From: Verrucomicrobiota bacterium
GTDB taxonomy: Bacteria > Verrucomicrobiota > Verrucomicrobiia > Chthoniobacterales > UBA6821
NCBI GenBank assembly: GCA_041164985.1
Contig: JBEAOJ010000055.1
Location: 1 to 24,115, forward strand
Length of the DNA: 24,115 nt
Direction: 5' to 3'
Under the pieces are notes generated by a model. That model did not search any database. It saw only the letters and a program-made list of their open reading frames with translations, and was not told the origin of the DNA. Made by a program: the position numbers and the translations under genes. The first letter of the stretch is position 1. The number at the start of each line of letters is the position of its first letter. Positions 9,459-18,598 of this stretch are shown here, one piece after another.

Positions 9459-9478
9459 CTAAGGAAGCGCTGCCCTAA
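9459..9478. mobile_element. Collapsed remnant of the IS5-like MITE: CTAA-GGAAGCGCTGCC-CTAA
   Basis: The first 14 nt (CTAAGGAAGCGCTG) are identical to 1293-1306. The 12-bp core is one mismatch from the palindrome GGAAGCGCTTCC and is flanked by direct CTAA repeats. Confidence 0.6.
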
Positions 9479-11862
9479 ACGGAAACGGTTTTCCGGGGAG
9501 TGCCGAAAAAAAGCCTCCACCCGATCGGCAACAGGAAAAAGGAGACAAGGGCATCGATGACGAGTCCAAGGGCGCAGGTCTTTCCCAGCGAGGCAAGCCC
9601 AGGGTTCGCCGCCCAGGCAAGCGATCCGAAGCCGGCCGCCGCCGCCGCCGCGCAGAGGAAAATCACGGTTCCCAGTTCCGCACGAGCCGCGGGAACATCG
9701 CCTCCGTTCCTGCGGAGCGAAAGCAGGAGCAGGATCCCGTAATCGGTCCCGGTTCCCAGCAGGAGGATGATCGCCGCCAGATTGAAGAAGCCCCAGGTCA
9801 TCCCGAACAGGGACATCGCCCCCGCAAGGCATGCCAGAAAAACCGCGGTGGTGAGCATGAACAGGAGGATCGCGCGGAGGCTTCGGAGGCCGAAGGCCAG
9901 GATCGAGAGAATCCCGGCCGCAAGACCCAGCGAGAGCAGAATCATCTCGCGGGGCAGCGTTTCCTTGAGTTCGCGGCCGAGGCTTTCCCAGTTGACGGCA
10001 TAGACCCCCGGCGCCTGGAGAAAACGGACAAGCTCCCGTTCCCGGCCGGGCGCCGGTTGAGCGAAGCCGAGCGCCAGAGGAGGGTTTGCATCGGGCCGGA
10101 TCATCCGCTCCGTGATCCAGCGACCTGCGGGATTGTCCGGCAGGAGGAGCGGTTCCCCGCTCTTCCAAGCGTTGATCCGATCAAAAATCGCCTGCGTCAG
10201 GGTGAAGGAACCGTCGTTGAAACCGTTCGCAAGCAATGTTTCGCGAAGCCGGGGGAGATTCGGAACCACCCTTTTCAATTCGGCGAGATTCCCCGCGTGA
10301 TTCCGCTCGTCGGGCCAGAATGGCAGCGGGAGGAACGATCCGGTCAGATCCCCTCTCGCCTCCGCATCCTTGAGACGTTCCTGAAGTTTCACGAGCCGAT
10401 CCAACACCTCCCGTGTGTCGGCTCCTGTGACGACCAAATGGAGGGAATCCCCGTGCCCTCCACCGAGTCGTCGGGAGAGTTCGTCGAGTGCCCGCTGCGC
10501 GGGGCTGTTGTCGGAACGGAGAGAGGATGGTGAGAAATCGGCACGGGGGAATCCCTTCAGAGCCAGCACCGAGAGGAGCAAGAGAACCATCGCAAGGACG
10601 GCCGCTTCAGCGATGCGGAAGCGTGCGGGGTCGGTTCGGACATCATCTTGCGCGGTGATGTCCCGCGAATCCTTCTCCCGAAACCTGAGGGCGAGCGGTG
10701 CGAAGATCGCGAGCATCACGGCCACCCCGATGCAGACACCGATCCCGACCATGTTCCCAAACTGGGCCAGTCCGGGGAAGCTGCTTAGATTGAGGGCGAA
10801 AAACGCGGCGGCCGTGGTTCCCGAGGTCCAGAAGATATTGCGGAAACAATTCCGGCGCAGTTCGGGCAGGCCGCCCGAGTGCCTGAGCGACCGCTCGTGG
10901 ATGAAGAAGCCGTAATCAACGCTCAAGCCGATCATGACTGAGGCGAAGCCGGCCCCCACCGCCGTCAGGTGATGCAGGAAGAATCCCGCGGTCGCGAGGG
11001 AGAGAAGGAACACCGCGAGGAGCAACAGCAATAACAGGACAAGGGGAGCCACCCGGCGGTAGCGCCACCAGAACAACAACCCGATGAACATCAGGGTTCC
11101 GATGCCGGAGAGCACCATGTCGCTTTGCATCGAGGTCGAGATTTCGGCGACGAAGGCCGGTTCTCCGGTGAAGGCGATCCTCACCCCGTTGCCCAAAGGC
11201 ACGGAGCAGCAGAGGGAGCGGATTGTTTCGAGCCAGTCGGCGGTTTCCCGGTAGTTTCGCAAGGGTGTGGCCGGAGTCACATAGAGCACCCTGAACGTGC
11301 CGTCGGCTGACGAAAACCCGCCCCCCGCGTTCTCCAAGGGAAGGCCCCGGGGAAAGAGTTCCGGAATGATCCTGTAGGGATCCTCACCCAGAAGAAGCAT
11401 CTCCCTCAGCGAGGGGGTGGAGGCGATCTCCGCAAACGTGGTCCGGGCGGTTTGGGAAGCCTGGCGGGTGGAGAGTTGCTCCGTGACCCGGCGAACCGTG
11501 GCGGGCGGGGAATTCACAAGAAGGTATGCCGCCAATTCGGAGAGTCCCCGCGGGTCTTTTTCCCAAGGGGGCTCCGCCATCACGGTGCCGATCGTTTCAG
11601 GATGTGCCGAGAGAGTCCGGACGAGGAGTTCCGCCGCCTCTCCGGTCTTGGCGGCATCAGCGGGCCCGGGTGCGGAGAGCGTCACGATCAGTTCGTCGGG
11701 GCGCGCGAAATTCCGAAGATAGAGGGAGAGGCCTTTGACTTGCGGAAGATCGCGGGGAAGCAGGTCGAGGATGTCGACGTTGAACCCGATCCGCGACAAC
11801 CCAAGGAAGACGTATCCCGCGGCCAGAAGAAGGAGCAGGATCCGGAGGATCGGGCGCTTCAT
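9475..11862 (-). CDS. MMPL/RND-family lipid exporter
   Basis: N-terminal TM, two large loops and two TM bundles with paired DY motifs (GLSVDYG, GTGTDYG). Start at ATG 11862 (MKRPILRILL), overlapping the upstream TGA. Confidence 0.9.
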   Translation of the reverse strand: MKRPILRILLLLLAAGYVFLGLSRIGFNVDILDLLPRDLPQVKGLSLYLRNFARPDELIVTLSAPGPADAAKTGEAAELLVRTLSAHPETIGTVMAEPPWEKDPRGLSELAAYLLVNSPPATVRRVTEQLSTRQASQTARTTFAEIASTPSLREMLLLGEDPYRIIPELFPRGLPLENAGGGFSSADGTFRVLYVTPATPLRNYRETADWLETIRSLCCSVPLGNGVRIAFTGEPAFVAEISTSMQSDMVLSGIGTLMFIGLLFWWRYRRVAPLVLLLLLLLAVFLLSLATAGFFLHHLTAVGAGFASVMIGLSVDYGFFIHERSLRHSGGLPELRRNCFRNIFWTSGTTAAAFFALNLSSFPGLAQFGNMVGIGVCIGVAVMLAIFAPLALRFREKDSRDITAQDDVRTDPARFRIAEAAVLAMVLLLLSVLALKGFPRADFSPSSLRSDNSPAQRALDELSRRLGGGHGDSLHLVVTGADTREVLDRLVKLQERLKDAEARGDLTGSFLPLPFWPDERNHAGNLAELKRVVPNLPRLRETLLANGFNDGSFTLTQAIFDRINAWKSGEPLLLPDNPAGRWITERMIRPDANPPLALGFAQPAPGRERELVRFLQAPGVYAVNWESLGRELKETLPREMILLSLGLAAGILSILAFGLRSLRAILLFMLTTAVFLACLAGAMSLFGMTWGFFNLAAIILLLGTGTDYGILLLLSLRRNGGDVPAARAELGTVIFLCAAAAAAGFGSLAWAANPGLASLGKTCALGLVIDALVSFFLLPIGWRLFFGTPRKTVSV

Positions 11863-12548
11863 GGCATCGACTTGCCGGCGGCTATTGAATCGGTCCGGAA
11901 GAGATGCCCGGGAATCACCGGATTGATCCTCACATTGCTGAACTCCTCGAGAAGGGAAGAGCCCTCCCGGGTGATGATCCGGAGGCGTATCCAACGACCG
12001 TCTTCCGCGTTGAAGTCAAGGTGAAGGGATGAGACCCCGCGCAGGGGGCCGCCTCCCAGAGGGGTCATCTCCGCATGGCAGACGCCCGAGCGGATCGTGA
12101 CCGACTCCACCCGGAAGCTTCGCAGAAGGGCATCGTGATCCCAAGGGAAGAGTCCCGGAATGCCAAGGGGCCACTGCGTGGGCGTCGTGTCACCGCCGAC
12201 CCGCGTGCAACTCCCCGCTTCTTCCTTGCCGCGCCTGATCAGGAACATCTCCCCTGCGTTTCCGATCAGGACCGTTTCGCCGGACGGGCCGTTTTCCCAC
12301 CGGAACGAGGAGGGGGCTGCGAACCAAAGGCGCCCCTTGCTGACCAAGGGGCGGCTCAGGGTCCTGAGTTGGCGTGTCTCGGTGATGTCCGCGGAGAGGG
12401 AGTGGATCTTCTTTCCCTGCTCGATCATCCTCTTCAGGGGGGCGGGCACGGGAGCGGGATCATCCCCCGCAGGACTTCCCGCGGCGCCGTGAAGGGTGAT
12501 GGAAAGCAGGAGCAATCCGAGCAAGGAAAAGCGATGTTTCGTCTTCAC
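11859..12548 (-). CDS. LolA-like periplasmic lipid/lipoprotein carrier
   Basis: Signal peptide, then SLSADITETRQLRTLSRPLVSKGRLWFAAPSSFRWE and a C-terminal FSNVRINPVIPGHLF, the LolA-like pattern. Confidence 0.82.
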   Translation of the reverse strand: MKTKHRFSLLGLLLLSITLHGAAGSPAGDDPAPVPAPLKRMIEQGKKIHSLSADITETRQLRTLSRPLVSKGRLWFAAPSSFRWENGPSGETVLIGNAGEMFLIRRGKEEAGSCTRVGGDTTPTQWPLGIPGLFPWDHDALLRSFRVESVTIRSGVCHAEMTPLGGGPLRGVSSLHLDFNAEDGRWIRLRIITREGSSLLEEFSNVRINPVIPGHLFRTDSIAAGKSMP

Positions 12549-12973
12549 CGGACGCGATCACTGTTGACAGCCATGCTCAGTAGAAGTTCGCCCCTGGCGA
12601 CAAGTTGCTCTCCCGAACGACACTCCGCCTCGATCTGGACTAGGGAACCGAATTCCCTCCCCAGGGTGACGCGTGTCTCGATGGTTTCCCCGGGGCGGAC
12701 GGGGGAGAGGATCTTGAAGCGGTCGATGGAGGCCAGGAAAACGGGGGTTCCGTGGAGGGGTTTGTCCTCCATCCAGAGAATACCCGCCGTCTGCGCGGCG
12801 CACTCGACCAGCAGCACCCCCGGCATCAGGGGATTTCCCGGGAAATGATCGGCGAAGAACGGCTCCTCCCCGGAGAGATCCTTCCAACCCGTTCCGGTCG
12901 TCGCCCCCGTTCTCTCGAACCGGTCCACAAATCGGAATCCCAGCCCGTGGGGTGTGAGTCCGCCGTCGTTCAT
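12545..12973 (-). CDS. FabZ/FabA-like 3-hydroxyacyl-ACP dehydratase
   Basis: FRFVD and FFADHFPGNPLMPGVLLVECAAQ (catalytic His/Glu), PVRPGE. Start at ATG 12973 overlaps the upstream TGA; the longer ORF-track start is a shadow extension. Confidence 0.9.
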   Translation of the reverse strand: MNDGGLTPHGLGFRFVDRFERTGATTGTGWKDLSGEEPFFADHFPGNPLMPGVLLVECAAQTAGILWMEDKPLHGTPVFLASIDRFKILSPVRPGETIETRVTLGREFGSLVQIEAECRSGEQLVARGELLLSMAVNSDRVR

Positions 12974-13920
12974 GAGTGGGATGAAGTTGAGGAAGCGGGC
13001 AGGCCCAGCGGGGCGAAGTGATACCATTGTTCCGGTTCCTTCAGAAACATGGGGATCAGTGCCGCGGCGATCCGCCTGGTCATGAGCGCGATCGCCTCCT
13101 CCCTGCTTTCGGATCCGTCGGGCGGGAGGATGGGAGCCTTTGACTCGACGCGGAATTTCCCGTCCGGTCCGGTGGTGATGCCGACGGGTACGACGGGCGT
13201 GGCGGTGAGGATCGAGAGGAGGGCCGGACCTTTGGAAAACGGGATGCGGCCGTGGGGGAGATCCACGGGGAGCATGTCCTCGGCATTGTAGGGACGGTCC
13301 GCCAGCATGGCCACAAAGTGCCCCTTTCGGATGGCCTGGACAACCTCGAACGCCGAAAAGGGGTCCGATCCCACCACGATCGTCCCGACACCCCAGCGCG
13401 CGCGGAAGTCGGCGCGCCATTGGGTCAGTTCCGGACTCGGTTCCCGGTAGGTGAGCGCGGTCATCGGGAATCCAAGGCTGGTGATCACCGGTCCGCCGAT
13501 TTCAAAGAACCCGAGATGGCCGGTCACGAGAAGGCATCCGCGGCCCTCCCTGCGGATTCCCTCCAGATGCCCGATGCCGACCTGTTCACCGATGAGCCCC
13601 ATCAGCTCGTCGGGAGGGACCGTGGCCAGGCGCCCGAAGCTTGAGATGCATTCCGACTGGTTCACAAGGAGGCGGAATGCGGCCCCGAAGGTTGCGCGGG
13701 CGGGATCCAGCAGGGCGATGTTCGAGCGGATGGCCCGGATGGTCTGCGGGTGGATCACCGCGAAGGTGAGCGCAAGGAAGCGGGAGATGACCCACGCCCC
13801 CCGTGCACCCAGCATGCGCCACGCTTTCAGGATCAGGAGAAAGCTGCGCGGCGTGTAGAGCCACCTGTAAAAGGCACTCTTCCTGTAGTCCCGGGAATCG
13901 CCGGAGTTGCTCGTTTGCAC
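12970..13920 (-). CDS. Lipid A (LpxL/HtrB-like) lysophospholipid acyltransferase family protein
   Basis: VTGHLGFFE (HxGxxE), AMLADR, PVVPV, QWYHF. The GTG start at 13920 is a judgement call; the track start at 14061 overlaps the ACP. Confidence 0.85.
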   Translation of the reverse strand: MQTSNSGDSRDYRKSAFYRWLYTPRSFLLILKAWRMLGARGAWVISRFLALTFAVIHPQTIRAIRSNIALLDPARATFGAAFRLLVNQSECISSFGRLATVPPDELMGLIGEQVGIGHLEGIRREGRGCLLVTGHLGFFEIGGPVITSLGFPMTALTYREPSPELTQWRADFRARWGVGTIVVGSDPFSAFEVVQAIRKGHFVAMLADRPYNAEDMLPVDLPHGRIPFSKGPALLSILTATPVVPVGITTGPDGKFRVESKAPILPPDGSESREEAIALMTRRIAAALIPMFLKEPEQWYHFAPLGLPASSTSSHS

Positions 13921-13993
13921 TGTTTGGTGAGGGAGGAGGGGGATGAGGTGACCGGGACACGGACCGGTTCCCTGGATCGGGACGGGCCTTGCG

Positions 13994-14305
13994 CTAACTA
14001 TCCTGTGCGGCGGCTCCCCCGGTTGTCGCGGCCATCCCGCGGGACCTGACCTCCATGGCATTGGTGATCCACTCCCTGAGCACCCGGATGCTGCCCAGCG
14101 CGCTCTTTGCGGTTGCGGGGTCGGCGATCACGATGCCGTAACGCTTCTCCACGGCCATGGTGATCTGAAGCGCATCCAGTGAGTCGAGGCCGAGTCCCTC
14201 GGAGCCGAACAGGGGGGCATCTTCGGACAACAAGTCGAGATCGGACCTGACCATGCAGTTTTCCCGGATGAGTAGCTTGAGTGCTTCGGTCGTGACCTCG
14301 TTCAT
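13994..14305 (-). CDS. Acyl carrier protein (ACP2)
   Basis: LFGSEGLGLDSLDALQITMAVEKRYGI, the phosphopantetheine Ser in a GLDSLD motif of the kind seen in aryl-polyene-like clusters. Confidence 0.92.
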   Translation of the reverse strand: MNEVTTEALKLLIRENCMVRSDLDLLSEDAPLFGSEGLGLDSLDALQITMAVEKRYGIVIADPATAKSALGSIRVLREWITNAMEVRSRGMAATTGGAAAQDS

Positions 14306-14326
14306 TGAGGAAGATGCTAGGGCAAA

Positions 14327-14350
14327 AGGGAGGGGCTCGGAAAGCCCCCT
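14327..14350 (-). terminator. Weak intra-operon hairpin after the deacetylase stop
   Basis: GGGGCT/AGCCCC stem (14332-14337/14343-14348), followed on the minus strand by CCCTTTT. Short U-tract only. Confidence 0.3.
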
Positions 14351-15124
14351 TCATGGGGCCGGCAACACAGTCCTGTATCCCTCCTTGTCGAGTCTGCGAA
14401 GCAGCATGTCGAGGGTTCTTGCCCTGATTCCGGGCCTCATTCCCGGAAGCCGGTTCTCGTGGATCAGGATGATGCTTCCCGGCCGCAGCGCCTTCATGAT
14501 CCTCCGCACAACCCGCTCCGGATCGTGGGGAATCCCGTCGAATCCGTTGGCCGACCAACCGACCATCCGGAGGCCCGCTTTTTCCGCCGCTGCATGGACA
14601 AAAGGGTTGGCCAATCCCACCGGTGCCCGGAAAAAACGGGAAGGTGTTCCGGTGGCCTCAAGGAGGGTGTCGCTGCAGCGGGAGATTTCCGATGCGGCTC
14701 GGCGCGGGGAGGCGGCCCAGAACGTGGCGGCCGGATGGGTCTGGGTATGGTTGCCGATGAGGTGGCCTGCATCAATGACGGCTGCGGCAAGGTCGGGTCG
14801 GTCCAGGACCCGTTTGCCGATATGAAAAAACAGGGCCTTCGCGTTGTGCCTGGAGAGGGTTTCCAGGATGGCCGGCGTCTCCTCTGGATCGGGGCCGTCA
14901 TCGATGGTCAGCCAGACGTCACGGCCGGTCGTGGCGAAGGAAGTGACGATCGGGCCGTTCCAGGGGCAGTTGCGGATCAGGGTGGGGATCAGGAAGGCTG
15001 CGGCGCTGGCGGCGGCGAGCCCGTGTGCCTGCCGGAATTCCCCGGCAAGAGCCTCCGCCGCCGCGGAAACGGCGAGAGCTCCCGAGACCGAGCAGGTGAG
15101 GTTTCTGCGGGATGAAGGTTTCAT
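14351..15124 (-). CDS. Polysaccharide deacetylase (NodB/CE4)
   Basis: LTIDDGP, GNHTQTHP, FRAPVG, GSIILIHE. Start at ATG 15124 overlaps the GT2 stop. Confidence 0.9.
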   Translation of the reverse strand: MKPSSRRNLTCSVSGALAVSAAAEALAGEFRQAHGLAAASAAAFLIPTLIRNCPWNGPIVTSFATTGRDVWLTIDDGPDPEETPAILETLSRHNAKALFFHIGKRVLDRPDLAAAVIDAGHLIGNHTQTHPAATFWAASPRRAASEISRCSDTLLEATGTPSRFFRAPVGLANPFVHAAAEKAGLRMVGWSANGFDGIPHDPERVVRRIMKALRPGSIILIHENRLPGMRPGIRARTLDMLLRRLDKEGYRTVLPAP

Positions 15125-15936
15125 GGCGCGGGGATCGGTCCCCGGAGTCGGAATCGGATCAGGCGGGGCCAGAGCAGCAGGGAGCGGAAGAAGAGGCCCG
15201 TGTGCACCCTCACCAGCAGGATGTTGTCCCGGAGGTATCTGAAATGGGAGACCCCTCCCGACTCCCTCGAAAGATAACGGACGCGTGTCGGGATGTTCAG
15301 CGGAGGAACGCCCTGCCAGTAGAGCCGGATGGCGAGCTGCGTGTCGAAATCGAATCCCCTGCCGTCGCCTATACCGCGCAGGATGCGGAGCGACCGGGTA
15401 ACCGGGTAGATGCGGAACCCAACGAGCGAGTCGCCGATGCCGCCCCAGAGTGTCGAGAGATTCGTCCACCAGTTCCCGATTTTCCGGCCCCGGAGCCTCA
15501 CGGGGGGGGCGTCGGGCCCGAAGAGGGGAAGTCCCAGGATCATGGCTTCGGGATGGTTCCGGGAGGCCTCCATGAAGCGGGGGAGATCCCCGGCGTCATG
15601 CTGGCCGTCGGCGTCGAATACCGCGGCATGCGTCATGCCGAGTTGCTCCGCCAGTTCAAGTCCCGAGAGAACGGCGGCACCCTTTCCGCCGTTGGTCCTC
15701 CTTCTCACGACATGAAGGCCCGCGGGTTCCCGGGCCGGAGCGGCGAGAAAATCCCCGCTGCCGTCGTCGGAGCCGTCGAGAATGACGATCACCTCGGGCC
15801 AGTATTCCAGGACGCCGGCGACGGTTTTTTCAAGAAGGGGGCCGGAGTTGTAACTCGGGATCAGGACGCAGGCGCGGAAATCCGGAGAGAGGGGTTTCCG
15901 CAACGGGGAGCCGGGAGAATGTTCGGGAGGGTTCAT
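15121..15936 (-). CDS. Glycosyltransferase family 2 (DPM1-like)
   Basis: VLIPSYN, DGSDDGS, NGGKGAA, FDADGQH (DxD), GFRIYP, FDFDTQL. Confidence 0.92.
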   Translation of the reverse strand: MNPPEHSPGSPLRKPLSPDFRACVLIPSYNSGPLLEKTVAGVLEYWPEVIVILDGSDDGSGDFLAAPAREPAGLHVVRRRTNGGKGAAVLSGLELAEQLGMTHAAVFDADGQHDAGDLPRFMEASRNHPEAMILGLPLFGPDAPPVRLRGRKIGNWWTNLSTLWGGIGDSLVGFRIYPVTRSLRILRGIGDGRGFDFDTQLAIRLYWQGVPPLNIPTRVRYLSRESGGVSHFRYLRDNILLVRVHTGLFFRSLLLWPRLIRFRLRGPIPAP

Positions 15937-17354
15937 CGGGGAGTCCTCCTGATCTTTCCACTCGGGGTTTTGGGGAGCGACTCGAGAAAGCGGATCGTCA
16001 CGGGAACCTTGAAGGGGGCGAGTTCGCGGCGGCAGAGTGAGATCAGTTCACCACGATGCACTTCGGGTCCTTCGGAAAGCACCACCTCCGCGACCGGAAC
16101 GGCCCCAAGGGCCGGGTGATCCGTCGCGATGACCCTTGCCTCAACGATGCGGGGATGCATCCGGAGAACCTTCTCCACCTCCTCGGGGAAAAACTTCATC
16201 CCCCCGACGCTGATCACGTTCACGGACCTGCCCTGCAGGATCACGGATCCCCCGTCGTCGATGACCGCGACGTCGCCCGTCGCGAACCATCCCCCGGGTT
16301 CCGTCGCCTCCTCCCTGCTCCTCCAAGGGGCGACATAGGCGTCAAACATCCCGGGTCCCCTGAGAAAAAGCCTTCCCGGTTTTCCGGGCGGGCATGAGAG
16401 TCCGTCATCGCCCCTGATCTCCGCCTCGAATCCCGCCTGGGGACGGCCCACCGAGGAGGGGAGGAGTTCCGGTCGGGGGAGATTGATCAGAGGCAGGCCC
16501 ACCTCCATCACTCCCAAAGCCTGGGCCGGAGTGACGCCGTGGATGGCATGAAACTTCCGTGCGGTCGCGGCGTCGAGGGGAGCGGTGGTAGAGACCGCGA
16601 GACGCAGGGAGGGCCAGGGATGGTTTTCCGGGACGGGTGAGGGCTCTGTCCCCGAAACAAGGAGGAGGTAGTGAAAGGGGGCTGCGTAGAAGACGGTTGC
16701 GTCATGGTCGCGGGCGGCCCGGAGCAGGTCGCCGGGAAGAAGGCTTTCCGGCAAAACGATGGCGGCCCCGTACCGGAGATAGAGAAGGATCGAGACTGCG
16801 AAATGGTGGGACATCGGGAGCACCCACAGGATGCGGTCGGAGGCACGGATCCCCAGACCGCTGTTTGCGGCGCCGATGCGATCGGCAAGGGAGCGATGGG
16901 TGAGGAGGATGCCTTTGGAGGATCCCGTCGTCCCCGAAGTGAACCGGATGAAAGCCGGATCACTTCCCGAAAGCTTCCGATCCAGATTGGGATCGGGTCG
17001 GCCGCCCGGTTCGAGGGCAAAGCCCGGAGATTCGGGACCGGCCTCCGGAATCATCACTGCGGCAAGGGAGATCTCCCCGGTGACCCGTTCCCGTTCCGAG
17101 GGGGGAAGTTCGTTGGCGAGCGGGACCAGGCAGCAACCGGCGCGCAGGATTCCGAGTGAGAGGATCACATGGTCGCGCCCGTCCGGGCATCTCAGTCCGA
17201 TCCTTGATCCCGGGGTTGGGAATCTTTCCCGGAGAGCGTCGGCGACCGAGCAGCTCCTTCGTTCGAGTTCCCCATAGGTCATCTTCCCTTCATGCCAGAG
17301 AAGGGCCGGTGCCTCGGGATCCGCATGGCGGAAGATCTCCTCGGCCAGATTCAT
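15933..17354 (-). CDS. AMP-dependent acyl-CoA/acyl-ACP ligase (ANL superfamily)
   Basis: P-loop FTSGTTGSSKG, ATGD, GRSVNVISVGGMKFFPEEVE, and the A10 lysine in PKTPSGKIRR. Confidence 0.92.
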   Translation of the reverse strand: MNLAEEIFRHADPEAPALLWHEGKMTYGELERRSCSVADALRERFPTPGSRIGLRCPDGRDHVILSLGILRAGCCLVPLANELPPSERERVTGEISLAAVMIPEAGPESPGFALEPGGRPDPNLDRKLSGSDPAFIRFTSGTTGSSKGILLTHRSLADRIGAANSGLGIRASDRILWVLPMSHHFAVSILLYLRYGAAIVLPESLLPGDLLRAARDHDATVFYAAPFHYLLLVSGTEPSPVPENHPWPSLRLAVSTTAPLDAATARKFHAIHGVTPAQALGVMEVGLPLINLPRPELLPSSVGRPQAGFEAEIRGDDGLSCPPGKPGRLFLRGPGMFDAYVAPWRSREEATEPGGWFATGDVAVIDDGGSVILQGRSVNVISVGGMKFFPEEVEKVLRMHPRIVEARVIATDHPALGAVPVAEVVLSEGPEVHRGELISLCRRELAPFKVPVTIRFLESLPKTPSGKIRRTPR

Positions 17355-18598
17355 TGAGGGACTCCTTCGAGTTGCCGCCTCCGGGACGGTTGTTCCGCCA
17401 GTCGGGCGGCCTCTTTGCCGGCGGCCTCTCCCGTGGCGAGGCTGGTGCCGATCACACGGATCGCGGCATGGGCCTCATGGGTGGACGAGATGCATCTCCC
17501 CGCGGCGAGAAGATTGGGGACATCGCGTGATCGGAGCGCGTCCATCGGGATGCCGCAGGGGCGGCCCTCCTCGGGAAAGCGGAGACGGACGTTCCCGGCT
17601 TTTTTCCGGAGTTCCACCGGCCATGCCGAGAGGGCGGCTTCTTCGCGAAATCTACGGCCGGTCAGGACATCGCTTCCGGTGAGGGTGTATCGGCCGGCCA
17701 TCCGCCGACTCTCCCTGATCCCGAGCTGCTCAGGCCGCGATTCGATCCGTGCGTTGCGGAATCCGGCGACATTCGCGGTGAGAAACGCCGTGATCCTTGC
17801 TGCGAGGTCCGAGGCGCCATCCATGAGTGCCTCGTGTTCGGACACGTTGCGCGGGTCGAAGCTTTTGGCGCTCAGGTCGATGGTCATCCAGGTTTCCCCG
17901 GAGCCGATCCCTTCCTTGAACGACGCCCCGAGTGCCTCCCGGGGAAGTTGGTTGTTGGAGACGGCGGAACTGATCGTGTGCGCCAGGGCGAGCCGCCCGT
18001 CGGCGCTCATGAGGGCCGGATCGATGCCGCATAACCCCAGGACATAGGCGGGCCTTTGGAGGTGTTCCAAGGGCGCGAGTTCCGTGCCCGCCCCCGCCGC
18101 GAAAGCCAATCCCGAGTCGCCGGAGGTATCAACCGCCGCCGCCACATCGACGGTGATGTCGCCCCGTGGCGTGGTCAATTCCAACGCAGCGATGCCTCCC
18201 TCATCGTTTTTCCAAACCTGCTTCAGCGATGTCCCGGTGAGGAGGCGCAGGTTGGGGAATTTTCCCGCGAGTTCCAGCGCAAGGGCCCCGAATGCCTCGG
18301 GAGAATGAAGCAGGACATCCAGGCGTCCCATCCGCACGGGGCCACGCGCTCCGCCCGATGACAGGAGCGATTCGGCGACTTCCCTAGGGAATCCTTCGTT
18401 GGCATATGCCGGTGGCTTGTTCCCGTCCTTCCTGAGGAGGTAGAGGCCGCAGAGTGTGTGGACGCGCGCGGAGCAGGCATTCCCGCCGGGGGAGGGATTT
18501 CGCTCGACCAGCAGCACTTCCGCCCCGCTCCGGGCCGCCGCCACCGCTGCGGCGATGCCCGCGCTCCCCCCGCCGATCACCGCGACATCGGCCTTCAT
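17351..18598 (-). CDS. FAD-dependent oxidoreductase (FAD_oxidored/PF12831-like)
   Basis: Rossmann motif VAVIGGGSAG, LVERN, VDTSGD, GIRESRR, NLLAAGRCISS, GEAAG. Confidence 0.85.
   Translation of the reverse strand: MKADVAVIGGGSAGIAAAVAAARSGAEVLLVERNPSPGGNACSARVHTLCGLYLLRKDGNKPPAYANEGFPREVAESLLSSGGARGPVRMGRLDVLLHSPEAFGALALELAGKFPNLRLLTGTSLKQVWKNDEGGIAALELTTPRGDITVDVAAAVDTSGDSGLAFAAGAGTELAPLEHLQRPAYVLGLCGIDPALMSADGRLALAHTISSAVSNNQLPREALGASFKEGIGSGETWMTIDLSAKSFDPRNVSEHEALMDGASDLAARITAFLTANVAGFRNARIESRPEQLGIRESRRMAGRYTLTGSDVLTGRRFREEAALSAWPVELRKKAGNVRLRFPEEGRPCGIPMDALRSRDVPNLLAAGRCISSTHEAHAAIRVIGTSLATGEAAGKEAARLAEQPSRRRQLEGVPQ

Noticed and set aside
17351-18598. Calling the flavoprotein a halogenase (xanthomonadin-like)
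   Set aside because: I see no WxWxIP halogenase motif. The motifs fit the PF12831-like family instead.
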